From a bacterium (GTDB taxonomy: Bacteria; Patescibacteriota; Saccharimonadia; Saccharimonadales; UBA4665), in the NCBI GenBank assembly GCA_021799575.1, contig JAJZAD010000004.1, positions 7,062-71,061 of the forward strand: 64,000 nt of DNA, given 5' to 3'. This document shows, in pieces, positions 15,399 through 23,882 of the stretch (position 1 is its first letter; every line of letters starts with the position of its first letter). Below the pieces are notes generated by a model. The model made no database searches. It saw only the letters and a list, made by a program, of their open reading frames with translations, and was not told where the DNA came from. Made by a program: the position numbers and the translations under genes.

Positions 15399-16241
15399 CT
15401 AACTGTGAGGCCGTATCAGCTTGAAAACCTGCACAAAATCATTAGTTTTACTCAGTCGGTAACCGTGGCGTTCAGCTATTTCAGCTAAGGCAGGATGTTG
15501 CGGCGGTAAGGCTTCCGTGAGAATCCATATGGGCGGGTTGGCTAAATCTGTTTGCTGTCTGAATAATAATCTGTAAAGTTTAAGTCCATCGGCTCCTCCA
15601 AAAATGGCTGTCTTCGGCTCCCGCATTGCTTCCGGGTTTATTTGCCAGGTATTTGGTACGTAGGGCAGATTAGCCAAGATAATAGTCATACCTCCTTGCC
15701 AAACTTTCTCGGGCAGAGGTTTTAATAAATGTCCCTGAAAGAAACTTATGTAAGCCTGATAGCGTTCAGCATTAGTTTTAGCAACTTCCAGGCAGCGGCT
15801 AGATATGTCGGTGGCGAAGGCTTCTATGGCCGGATATTCGAGTTTCGCCGTAATGATCAATGCACCGGATCCGGTACCGATATCTATGACTTTAATAGCA
15901 AAATCGGTTTTGTTTAACAACGATTTTAGCTCTTCTATTATAGCTTCGCTCTCCGGGCGAGGTTCAAGAACATGATGATTAATTTGGAATTCTCGTCCGT
16001 AGAACTCTGTTTTGCCTCTGATATATGCTAGCGGTACGTGTTTAGACCGCTTTATAACCCGGAACTTAAATCGCTCTAGGTCAATCGGTTTTATTGCCAT
16101 TTCAGGTTCAGCTAATAATTTGGCTCTAGCGATAGCGGTTGTGTCTTCTAATAGAACAAGTGAATCCAAGCGGTCAGTGACTATACCGTTTGAACGTAAT
16201 TGATGCTGAGCCCACTTTAGAGCCTGCGAGACGTTCACCAC
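15399..16241 (-). CDS. prmC: Release-factor glutamine N5-methyltransferase PrmC/HemK
   Basis: 280 aa with SAM motif DIGTGSGALII. The catalytic motif reads ILANLPYVP (NLPY instead of NPPY). It lies immediately downstream of prfA, and its stop abuts the htrA stop with 0 bp between. Confidence 0.85.
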   Translation of the reverse strand: MVNVSQALKWAQHQLRSNGIVTDRLDSLVLLEDTTAIARAKLLAEPEMAIKPIDLERFKFRVIKRSKHVPLAYIRGKTEFYGREFQINHHVLEPRPESEAIIEELKSLLNKTDFAIKVIDIGTGSGALIITAKLEYPAIEAFATDISSRCLEVAKTNAERYQAYISFFQGHLLKPLPEKVWQGGMTIILANLPYVPNTWQINPEAMREPKTAIFGGADGLKLYRLLFRQQTDLANPPIWILTEALPPQHPALAEIAERHGYRLSKTNDFVQVFKLIRPHS

Positions 16242-16249
16242 TGTATGTT

Positions 16250-17308
16250 TTAAACTTCCTGTTTAATTAATTCAGATTCTGCCTTTTGTAGAGACTCGAT
16301 TAAATCGTCTATTCCCCCGTCTAAAGCTCCGGTTAAGTTGCTTCGTGAATAACCTATTCTATGATCAGTAATTCGGTCTTGAGGAAAATTATAGGTACGA
16401 ATTTTTTCACTCCGGTTTCCACTACCGATTAATTTACGCCTGGCCTCAGATAATTTAAGTTGTTCAGCTTCGATTTGACGCTGCAAAAGGCGGCTTCTTA
16501 GCACACTCATAGCCTTAGCGCGGTTTTTTATTTGCGATTTTTCATCCTGGTTCGAAACTACTATACCGGTAGGCAAGTGGGTAATTCTCACCGCCGAATC
16601 AGTAGTGTTGACACTCTGGCCGCCATGACCGCTACTGCGGTAGACATCAATCTTGAGATCTGAGGGATTAATCGCAATATCCGTTTCTTGAGCCTCTGGT
16701 AATACTGCTACGGTAGTAGTTGAAGTGTGTATTCTGCCCTGGCTTTCGGTAAGCGGTACGCGTTGTACTCTATGTACTCCCGCCTCAAACTTCAGGTTTT
16801 TATACGCATTGGGACCACGCACTGAATAAATCAGTTCCTTAAAACCACCTACTTGATTTGGGCTTTCACTGATAAGTTCTACTTTGTAACCATGATTTTC
16901 CGCCCAACGGCTATACATTCTAAATAAGTCTGCTGCAAACAAGCTCGATTCGTCGCCTCCTGCAGCCGCCCGAATCTCCATAATCACGTCGCGTCCATCA
17001 TTCGGGTCTTTAGGTAATAGAGAAGCCCCTAGTTTGGCCTCTACATACCTTAGTTTCGGGGTAAGCTCTGTAATCTCGTCCTCAGCCATCGACTGAATGG
17101 CCTTATCTTGATTGCTTGTCAACTCTTTGGCATCATTTATTGCTTGAACCAGTTTTTTCTTCTGCTCGTATAGCGATACCAGTTCTAATAAATCGCTGCG
17201 CCGTTTAGCTAAAGACGGATATGAACTATCACTAAAGATATTGGGGTTCGTTAGCTTGCTGTCGATTTTCGCAAGCTCCTCTCTAATCTCTTCTTCTTGC
17301 CGATCCAT
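16250..17308 (-). CDS. prfA: Peptide chain release factor 1
   Basis: 352 aa with GGQ (SGHGGQSVN) and an RF1-type PxT tripeptide context RVPLTESQGRIHTS. Confidence 0.95.
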   Translation of the reverse strand: MDRQEEEIREELAKIDSKLTNPNIFSDSSYPSLAKRRSDLLELVSLYEQKKKLVQAINDAKELTSNQDKAIQSMAEDEITELTPKLRYVEAKLGASLLPKDPNDGRDVIMEIRAAAGGDESSLFAADLFRMYSRWAENHGYKVELISESPNQVGGFKELIYSVRGPNAYKNLKFEAGVHRVQRVPLTESQGRIHTSTTTVAVLPEAQETDIAINPSDLKIDVYRSSGHGGQSVNTTDSAVRITHLPTGIVVSNQDEKSQIKNRAKAMSVLRSRLLQRQIEAEQLKLSEARRKLIGSGNRSEKIRTYNFPQDRITDHRIGYSRSNLTGALDGGIDDLIESLQKAESELIKQEV

Positions 17309-17383
17309 AGTTTAATTTTACTCTAAGCGCTTGATAACGGAGGCTATCTGCCACCTTATCCATGATTATTGAGACCCTTGCTA

Positions 17384-17725
17384 TCAGGAACTAGTCTTTT
17401 TCTCTTTTGCAACTATTCTTTCAGCCCGGCGTTTGGCTTGCTTTTTGACAGCGTTGGCACGTTGTGCGCGGGCATCCTGAGCAGCTTTCGCACGAGCCCT
17501 GAATTTATCTACACGACCTTCGATGTCTAAGATCTTTTCTTCTCCGGTGAAAAAGGGATGAGATGCCGAGCTGACATGAACTTTAATCAAGGGGTATTTA
17601 TTACCATCTTCCCATGTTATCGTATCTTCACTGGTAGCAGTAGAACGGGTTAACAGGTGCCACCCGTTGTTTAAATCTTCGTAGACTACCAAGCGATAAT
17701 TATCCGGATGTAGACCTTTTTTCAT
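17384..17725 (-). CDS. rpmE: 50S ribosomal protein L31, type B (no Cys) with basic C-terminal extension
   Basis: 113 aa with [10 protein letters not shown]...HPFFTG...GRVDKF. It has no CxxC motifs. About 35 extra Lys/Arg/Ala-rich residues follow the conserved core. Confidence 0.88.
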   Translation of the reverse strand: MKKGLHPDNYRLVVYEDLNNGWHLLTRSTATSEDTITWEDGNKYPLIKVHVSSASHPFFTGEEKILDIEGRVDKFRARAKAAQDARAQRANAVKKQAKRRAERIVAKEKKTSS

Positions 17726-17815
17726 AACAGGCTATTAATATATCCTTTTACGACCATTTTAGCAATAGGTTGTTCGGGTAAATATTGTCGGCCGGATAAT
17801 AACCCTAATTAGAGA

Positions 17816-17844
17816 TTGCATAAATAGGAATTAATTGATATAGT
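17816..17844 (+). promoter_or_regulatory. Candidate promoter for rpsB-tsf (TTGCAT, 17 bp spacer, TGaTATAGT)
   Basis: TTGCAT at 17816-17821 and extended -10 TGaTATAGT at 17836-17844. This leaves a leader of about 120 nt before the rpsB ATG. Confidence 0.5.
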
Positions 17845-17973
17845 GGCGCTCAAATTAACGTAACAGGCTGAAAGTGTAATGCGATTCTGTTCTTGAGCGG
17901 GATGCTTTATCTCCCAAGAAAATAGCCACCAGCCGAAGATTAACAATAGAATCGCTAGAAAGGTTAGGGCGAT

Positions 17974-18711
17974 ATGCCTTCGGACATAGATGTAAAGAAC
18001 TTATTAGAGGCAGGTGCACATTTCGGTCATAAAACCAGTAGATGGAATCCTAAGATGGCACCGTACATTCATTCCAAGCGGGGCGGTATTCATATTATTG
18101 ATCTGACAAAAACGGCATTGGCAATAGAAGATGCAATGCATTTTTTAAGCGATATCACTGCTTCGGGAAAGCAAGTCTTGATGGTGGGCACAAAACGTCA
18201 GGCAAGGGATATTATTAAACAAACTGCCATAAGCACTAAACAACCATATGTTACAGAGCGCTGGTTAAGCGGGCTTTTAACGAACTGGAACACTATAGGC
18301 GGGCGGGTTAAGCACCTAAAAGATCTTGAGTTACGAATGGAATCGGGTGAACTTGCCAGCCGCTACAGTAAACTTGAAGTTCAGCGATACCAGGAAGAAA
18401 TCGACGAATTAAACCATAAATACGGGGGCATAAAAGATTTGCACGGCAGGCCTGGAGCACTCTATGTAGTGGATATTGTAACTGAGAATAATGCAGTACG
18501 CGAAGCCAATCGCCTAGGTATTCCGGTAGTGGCCATAGTTGACAGTAATGCCGATCCAACACTTGTTACTTACCCTATACCTGCCAACGACGATGCGATA
18601 AAAACTATAGATTTAATAACCGGCTTAGTGCGTCAGGCCATCGAAACAGGTATCAGTAAAAAAGATAAGGCTGTCTCTACTGCTAAAATTGAACATCGTA
18701 AGGAGAGCTAA
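17974..18711 (+). CDS. rpsB: 30S ribosomal protein S2
   Basis: 245 aa with AGAHFGHKTSRWNPKM near the N-terminus. It is followed by tsf. Confidence 0.96.
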   Translation: MPSDIDVKNLLEAGAHFGHKTSRWNPKMAPYIHSKRGGIHIIDLTKTALAIEDAMHFLSDITASGKQVLMVGTKRQARDIIKQTAISTKQPYVTERWLSGLLTNWNTIGGRVKHLKDLELRMESGELASRYSKLEVQRYQEEIDELNHKYGGIKDLHGRPGALYVVDIVTENNAVREANRLGIPVVAIVDSNADPTLVTYPIPANDDAIKTIDLITGLVRQAIETGISKKDKAVSTAKIEHRKES

Positions 18712-18718
18712 ACAGGAT

Positions 18719-19315
18719 ATGGCGATAGATATAGGACAAATTAAACGTCTTAAAGATCTCACCGGAGTCGGTTTAACCGATGCCAAAGCGGCGTTAGAAT
18801 CTGCCGGGGGAGACTTTGATAAAGCTCTAAAAGAAATGCGGACAAAAGGTCTGACAAAGGCTGAAAAACGTGGCGAGAGGCAAGCAAGGGCGGGCATTAT
18901 CGGTTCATATAATCACGATCAGAGAATCGGGGTTATCGTAGAAGTTAATTGTGAAACTGATTTTGTAGCCAGAAATGAGTTGTTTACTAACATGGTTAAG
19001 GACGTAGCTATGCATATAGCTGCCGCTAACCCGCAATATTTAAGCCGAGACGATGTACCCGCTGAAGATCTAAAGCAAGCCGAGGAAGAGATACGGCAAA
19101 GGGCTGAATTAGAGGGCAAGCCAAAGACCATAATTGATAAAATTGTATCCGGTCAGCTGGAAAAGTATTTTGCCGAACGTTGTTTACTGAGTCAACCGTT
19201 TATTAAGAATCCGGACATTACCGTTAGTGATTACGTTAAGGAACATAACGCCAGACTTGGTGAAAATATTGTAGTAAGACGATTTTACAGACTGGCTCTT
19301 GGTGAAACCGAGTAA
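18719..19315 (+). CDS. tsf: Elongation factor Ts (short form)
   Basis: UBA-like N-terminus IKRLKDLTGVGLTDAKAALE. I prefer ATG 18719 (SD AAGGAGAG upstream) over the longer ORF starting at 18689, which overlaps rpsB. Confidence 0.9.
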   Translation: MAIDIGQIKRLKDLTGVGLTDAKAALESAGGDFDKALKEMRTKGLTKAEKRGERQARAGIIGSYNHDQRIGVIVEVNCETDFVARNELFTNMVKDVAMHIAAANPQYLSRDDVPAEDLKQAEEEIRQRAELEGKPKTIIDKIVSGQLEKYFAERCLLSQPFIKNPDITVSDYVKEHNARLGENIVVRRFYRLALGETE

Positions 19316-19340
19316 ACAGGACTATGATTAGGTTTAAGTT

Positions 19341-19904
19341 ATGAACGCATCAAACCTCATATCGCGTACTCAAATGGTTTTTGAAGCGACCCTCGATCAT
19401 TTAAGTGGAGAGCTTGCAAGGATGCGTACGGGACGAGCACATCCAAGCATGTTTGAAGAGGTAATAGTGGAAGCATATGGTACTAAAATGCCGCTAAATC
19501 AGGTGGCAAATATTACTGTTCCGGAAGCCCAACTCTTACAAATTACACCTTTCGACCCCAACAACTTGCAAGCAATCTCTAACGCGATCAGAAACAATCA
19601 AAGTTTGGGACTTAACCCGAGCGATGACGGTAGGGTAGTTAGAGTACAAATACCACCGTTAACCGAGGAAAGGCGTAAAGAATTAGCCAAACAGATCGGT
19701 GAGAAATTAGAGGAAGCGCAAATAAGGATGCGTAATGCGCGTCATGAAGCTTTTAAAGAACTTGATGCCGCAAAAAAAGATAAACAGATTAGTGAAGACG
19801 ACGTTAAAAGAACCGAAAAAGCCATCGAAGACAACATGACTCTTTTCCGCAACCGAATGGAACAGGCCGCTAAGGCTAAAGAGAAAGAAATCTTAACTCT
19901 ATAA
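19341..19904 (+). CDS. frr: Ribosome recycling factor
   Basis: 187 aa with a typical RRF length and pattern (LSGELARMRTGRAHPSMFE...). It follows tsf directly, with no pyrH between them. Confidence 0.93.
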   Translation: MNASNLISRTQMVFEATLDHLSGELARMRTGRAHPSMFEEVIVEAYGTKMPLNQVANITVPEAQLLQITPFDPNNLQAISNAIRNNQSLGLNPSDDGRVVRVQIPPLTEERRKELAKQIGEKLEEAQIRMRNARHEAFKELDAAKKDKQISEDDVKRTEKAIEDNMTLFRNRMEQAAKAKEKEILTL

Positions 19905-19990
19905 ATGTCAAATATAAAATTTAAATACTTAATAAATCAGATTAAATTCAGCCGTCTGTTTTATGTTAGCTAAGGTATAATTATCCTAAT

Positions 19991-21160
19991 ATGTCAGTTT
20001 TTGTTTTGATCGTCGGTTTGATTTTGTTTGTAGTCTTGCTTATAACGCATGAGCTAGGACATTTTTGGGTAGCTCGACGAAACGGAGTGGTCGCCGAGGA
20101 ATTCGGTATCTTTTTCCCGCCAAGGCTTTTTAAAAAGAAAACCAAGAAAGGCTGGGTATTCTCAATAAACCTGTTGCCGTTAGGAGGATTTGTAAAGCTT
20201 AAAGGTGAGCATGACTCCGATACCGGACAGGGTAGTTTCGGCGCTGCTAGTACTTGGGTTAAAGCAAAAATTATGGTTGCCGGAGTAACGATTAATTTTC
20301 TGACGGCAGTCCTATTGCTAACTATTTTAGCTTGGACTGGATTACCACAACTTATACCGGGACAATTTAATGTCAAAAACGCTGGCCATATATCTAAACG
20401 GGAGTTGTTAGTCACCTTAGTCCAAGCGCATAGTCCGGCGGCAGCTGCGGGAATCGGCAATGAAAACCAAATCATAGCTTTCGGAAAATCCGGTCATCTT
20501 AAAACAGTTAATTCTATCAGTGAGCTGCAAAGTCTTACGAAACAGTATGCGGGTCAGAAAGTTGAAGTGGAATATGAAAATAACGGTACAGATATTACCA
20601 AGACCGTACAATTATTAACCAGTTCAGTAGTAAATGCCAGCTTAAAAACCAAAAACCCTAAAGGATATCTTGGTGTAGAGTTAGCCACACTATCGCTCGA
20701 TCAATATAGTTGGTGGTCGGCACCGATTGAGGCTGTTGGTTTGACGCTACAAATAATCAAGCTTACATTTATCGGGTTAGGACATGCTTTGGTAGGTCTG
20801 GGACAGATGATTTCAGGGTTAGTCACCGGTAACACCCAAGCCAGACAACACGGACAAAAAGTAGCCTCTTCACAGGTAGCAGGTCCCGTCGGAATATTCT
20901 TCATCTTAAAGAACGGCAGTATATTGGGCTATCAGTATATGTTTTTTATTGTCGCGACTGTGGCCTTAGCTCTTGCCATTATGAATATCCTACCAATACC
21001 AGCACTGGATGGGGGTAGGTTATGGACTATGCTTATCAGCAGAGGAATGAGAAAAAAACTTAGCGCCTCTATAGAGGAGACTATTAATGCAATTGGAATG
21101 CTGATCATATTGGTGCTCATAGTGTTGATAACCCTAGTAGATGTCCATCGTTTTTTATAG
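19991..21160 (+). CDS. rseP: RseP-type site-2 metalloprotease (M50) with PDZ
   Basis: 389 aa with HELGHF in the first TM segment and NILPIPALDGG near the C-terminus. Confidence 0.88.
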   Translation: MSVFVLIVGLILFVVLLITHELGHFWVARRNGVVAEEFGIFFPPRLFKKKTKKGWVFSINLLPLGGFVKLKGEHDSDTGQGSFGAASTWVKAKIMVAGVTINFLTAVLLLTILAWTGLPQLIPGQFNVKNAGHISKRELLVTLVQAHSPAAAAGIGNENQIIAFGKSGHLKTVNSISELQSLTKQYAGQKVEVEYENNGTDITKTVQLLTSSVVNASLKTKNPKGYLGVELATLSLDQYSWWSAPIEAVGLTLQIIKLTFIGLGHALVGLGQMISGLVTGNTQARQHGQKVASSQVAGPVGIFFILKNGSILGYQYMFFIVATVALALAIMNILPIPALDGGRLWTMLISRGMRKKLSASIEETINAIGMLIILVLIVLITLVDVHRFL

Positions 21161-21168
21161 GGTAAGTA

Positions 21169-21966
21169 ATGAGCGGTAAACAAAAACACTTTTCACTGAA
21201 ATCCAACAAAACCCAGCCTTGGCGGAAAATTCCCAAATGGCTGCTTCCTATCGTAGTTATCCTACTGGTTATTCTAATATATTTTATTGCTCAGTATGTA
21301 GCTAGCTTTATATTATCTTTATATGCACTTTCAAGGGGATGGAATGCCGCTACGGCCAATAATTGGCTAAACCAATCCATTACCGGCCAATTCTTCTTTA
21401 TTTTAATTTTTGAGGGTTGTGGCGTGGGTCTGGTTTGGCTATTAATGCATCGCTACGGCAAATCATTAGCCACACTAGGTCTTAAGCGTCTTAGACTCAG
21501 AGACGGAGGGTATGCTTTACTGGCTTATCCAGTTTATTTAATTCTATTTATTATAGCCATTAAGATTGTTCAGGTAATCTTTCCGAGTTTTAACTTAAAC
21601 CAGGGCCAGAATATTGGTTTTAATTCTGTTCACGGAGCTTATCAAATGACGTTGACTTTCTTTAGTCTGGTTGTTTTACCGCCTTTTGCCGAAGAACTGT
21701 TGTTTAGAGGCCTCCTATTCGAAGGATTAAAGAAGTCGATGCCGGTTATTTACGCCGGTTTATTGACCAGTGCATTATTTGCTGTTGCTCATTTACCTGA
21801 AGGTACTTCCGGTTTATTCTGGGTCGGAGCTATAGACGTGTTTATCCTTAGTTTGGTGTTGGTTTATCTAAAACAGAAGACTAAAAGTCTATGGCCCGGG
21901 ATTTTTTTACACGCCTTTAAAAATCTGATTGCTTTTATAAGTTTGTTTCTACTAACGAATCGTTAG
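21169..21966 (+). CDS. CPBP-family (CAAX-type) intramembrane metalloprotease
   Basis: 265 aa, multi-TM, with motifs FAEELLFRGLLF, LFAVAHL and FLHAFKN. Confidence 0.8.
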   Translation: MSGKQKHFSLKSNKTQPWRKIPKWLLPIVVILLVILIYFIAQYVASFILSLYALSRGWNAATANNWLNQSITGQFFFILIFEGCGVGLVWLLMHRYGKSLATLGLKRLRLRDGGYALLAYPVYLILFIIAIKIVQVIFPSFNLNQGQNIGFNSVHGAYQMTLTFFSLVVLPPFAEELLFRGLLFEGLKKSMPVIYAGLLTSALFAVAHLPEGTSGLFWVGAIDVFILSLVLVYLKQKTKSLWPGIFLHAFKNLIAFISLFLLTNR

Positions 21967-22010
21967 GGTACAATAGAGCAAAAGTCTGAGAACTAGCAAG
22001 AATAAACTAT

Positions 22011-23258
22011 ATGCGTTTAAGTAAAAATATAACTAAAACTATCAAGACCATTCCTGCTGACGAGCAGGCTACTAATGCCAAGCTGCTTATCCGGGCCGGC
22101 TATATCCATAAGGAGATGGCCGGAGCGTATTCTTACCTCCCTTTAGGGCTTAGAGTAATTGAAAACATAAAACAGATTGTAAGAGAAGAAATGGATGCGT
22201 TAGGCGCAAGCGAGTTACTGATGACATCGCTTCAAGCCAAGGAGACCTGGGAACCTACTAAGCGCTGGGATGATTCGGTTGTAGATATCTGGTTTAAAAG
22301 TCAACTGAAAAACGGAACCGAAATCGGTCTAGCCTGGAGTCACGAAGAGCCGTTAATGCTGATGGCTCAGCAATTAGTGCAAAGCTACCGTGATTTACCG
22401 ATCAGTGTATACCAGTTTCAAACCAAATTTAGAAATGAATTACGGTCTAAAAGCGGCGTGATGCGGGGTAGGGAATTTATTATGAAAGACATGTACGCCT
22501 TTTCACGTAGCCAAGTAGAACTGGACCAATTCTATTCTGAAGCGCAACAAGCCTACTTAAAAGTATTTGATCGTATAGGTATAGGAGATTATACTTTCGT
22601 AACTTTCGCGTCAGGCGGTGCATTTACCCAGTTTAGTCATGAGTTTCAAACTGTGACTGCAAGCGGAGAGGATACTATTTATCTTGACCGGTCGAGGCGT
22701 TTGGCGGTCAATGAAGAAGTGTATAACGATGAAGTACTAAAGCAGCTTTCACTCAAAAAGGGACAATTAGAACGGGTGAAAGCGGCAGAGGTGGGTAATA
22801 TCTTCAATTTCGGTAGCGTTAAAGGTGAACAGATGAATGTATATTTTACCGATGAGGCAGGAGAAAGACAACCTATCTTTTTAAGCTCGTACGGTATCGG
22901 CATAAGTCGTCTGATGGGAGTGATAGCAGAACACTTCAATGACGAACATGGTTTAGTTTGGCCGGTTCCGATTGCCCCCGCGAAGGTGTATCTGTTGGCG
23001 ATAGGGGATAAAAAGACAATTAAAACCGCGGATAAGCTATATAATGTATTGACAGGGCATGGAGTTGCGGTAATATATGATGACCGTGACATTCGTCCCG
23101 GGGAAAAGTTTGCTGATGCAGACTTGATGGGAATACCCTGGCGAGTCGTAGTTAACGCTAAGTCGTCTACTGATGGATACTACGAGATCAAAGCCAGAAC
23201 CGAAACTAGTCTTAAGAACGTACAGCTAAAAGCACTTTTGGATATAATTTTAACCTGA
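22011..23258 (+). CDS. proS: Prolyl-tRNA synthetase, bacterial-type but lacking the INS editing domain
   Basis: 415 aa. The N-terminus and motif 2 (FRNELRSKSGVMRGREFIMKDMYAF) align with bacterial ProRS. Only about 50 residues separate the SHEFQ segment from motif 3 (AEVGNIFNFG), where E. coli ProRS carries about 180 aa of INS. Confidence 0.88.
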   Translation: MRLSKNITKTIKTIPADEQATNAKLLIRAGYIHKEMAGAYSYLPLGLRVIENIKQIVREEMDALGASELLMTSLQAKETWEPTKRWDDSVVDIWFKSQLKNGTEIGLAWSHEEPLMLMAQQLVQSYRDLPISVYQFQTKFRNELRSKSGVMRGREFIMKDMYAFSRSQVELDQFYSEAQQAYLKVFDRIGIGDYTFVTFASGGAFTQFSHEFQTVTASGEDTIYLDRSRRLAVNEEVYNDEVLKQLSLKKGQLERVKAAEVGNIFNFGSVKGEQMNVYFTDEAGERQPIFLSSYGIGISRLMGVIAEHFNDEHGLVWPVPIAPAKVYLLAIGDKKTIKTADKLYNVLTGHGVAVIYDDRDIRPGEKFADADLMGIPWRVVVNAKSSTDGYYEIKARTETSLKNVQLKALLDIILT

Positions 23259-23335
23259 TTTATGCACAAAGAGCAGCGTTAGACGGATTAGCATACTCTT
23301 AAAATAACTTTAGGAAAGGATAGAGAAAGCAGTAT

Positions 23336-23803
23336 ATGGTAGTGAAAAAAACCTTCCGCTTGACTAAAGAAGGCGTCAGCGAATTACAGCAAGAACTAGA
23401 CAGTCTTATTGCCGAACGTGCCGAAATTGCCGAAAGTATTCGAACGGCTCGTGAATTCGGAGATCTGACAGAAAATAGCGAGTATCAGTCCGCAAGAGTT
23501 GCACAAGAGAGAAACGAGTTACGGATTTCCGAGATTGAACATATTTTGCAGAATGTCGAGCTCATTAAAACCACTCGCGGATCAGCCAAAATCCAGCTGG
23601 GATCAAGGGTTAAACTGCGGGGAGAAGACGGTACTATGAAAGACTTTCAAATTGTTGGCACGGTAGAAGCTGACCCATTAAACGGAAAAATTAGTGATGA
23701 ATCCCCGATCGGTAAAGCTTTACTCGGAAAGCGCAAAGACGACGAAGTTGAGATTAAGACAGCGCTTGAAAATAGCATCTATAAAATAATAGCGGTCGAT
23801 TAG
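23336..23803 (+). CDS. greA: Transcription elongation factor GreA
   Basis: 155 aa with a coiled-coil N-terminus carrying GDLTENSEYQSAR, followed by a FKBP-like C-terminal domain. Confidence 0.92.
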   Translation: MVVKKTFRLTKEGVSELQQELDSLIAERAEIAESIRTAREFGDLTENSEYQSARVAQERNELRISEIEHILQNVELIKTTRGSAKIQLGSRVKLRGEDGTMKDFQIVGTVEADPLNGKISDESPIGKALLGKRKDDEVEIKTALENSIYKIIAVD

Positions 23804-23882
23804 GTTTTAAAAGCTTTTTATCACCTCCATAGCGAATCTAAGCTATACTATTAGTCGTTAAACCAAAAGAGAATATTTATAT

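Noticed and set aside
19981-20475. Long antisense ORFs (this 164-aa one opposite rseP; also 31388-31825, 22679-23092, 691-1032, 2023-2352, 4473-4820, 14903-15250 and others in the track)
   Set aside because: All are embedded opposite strongly supported conserved genes. They have odd composition and no motifs, and are typical shadow ORFs.
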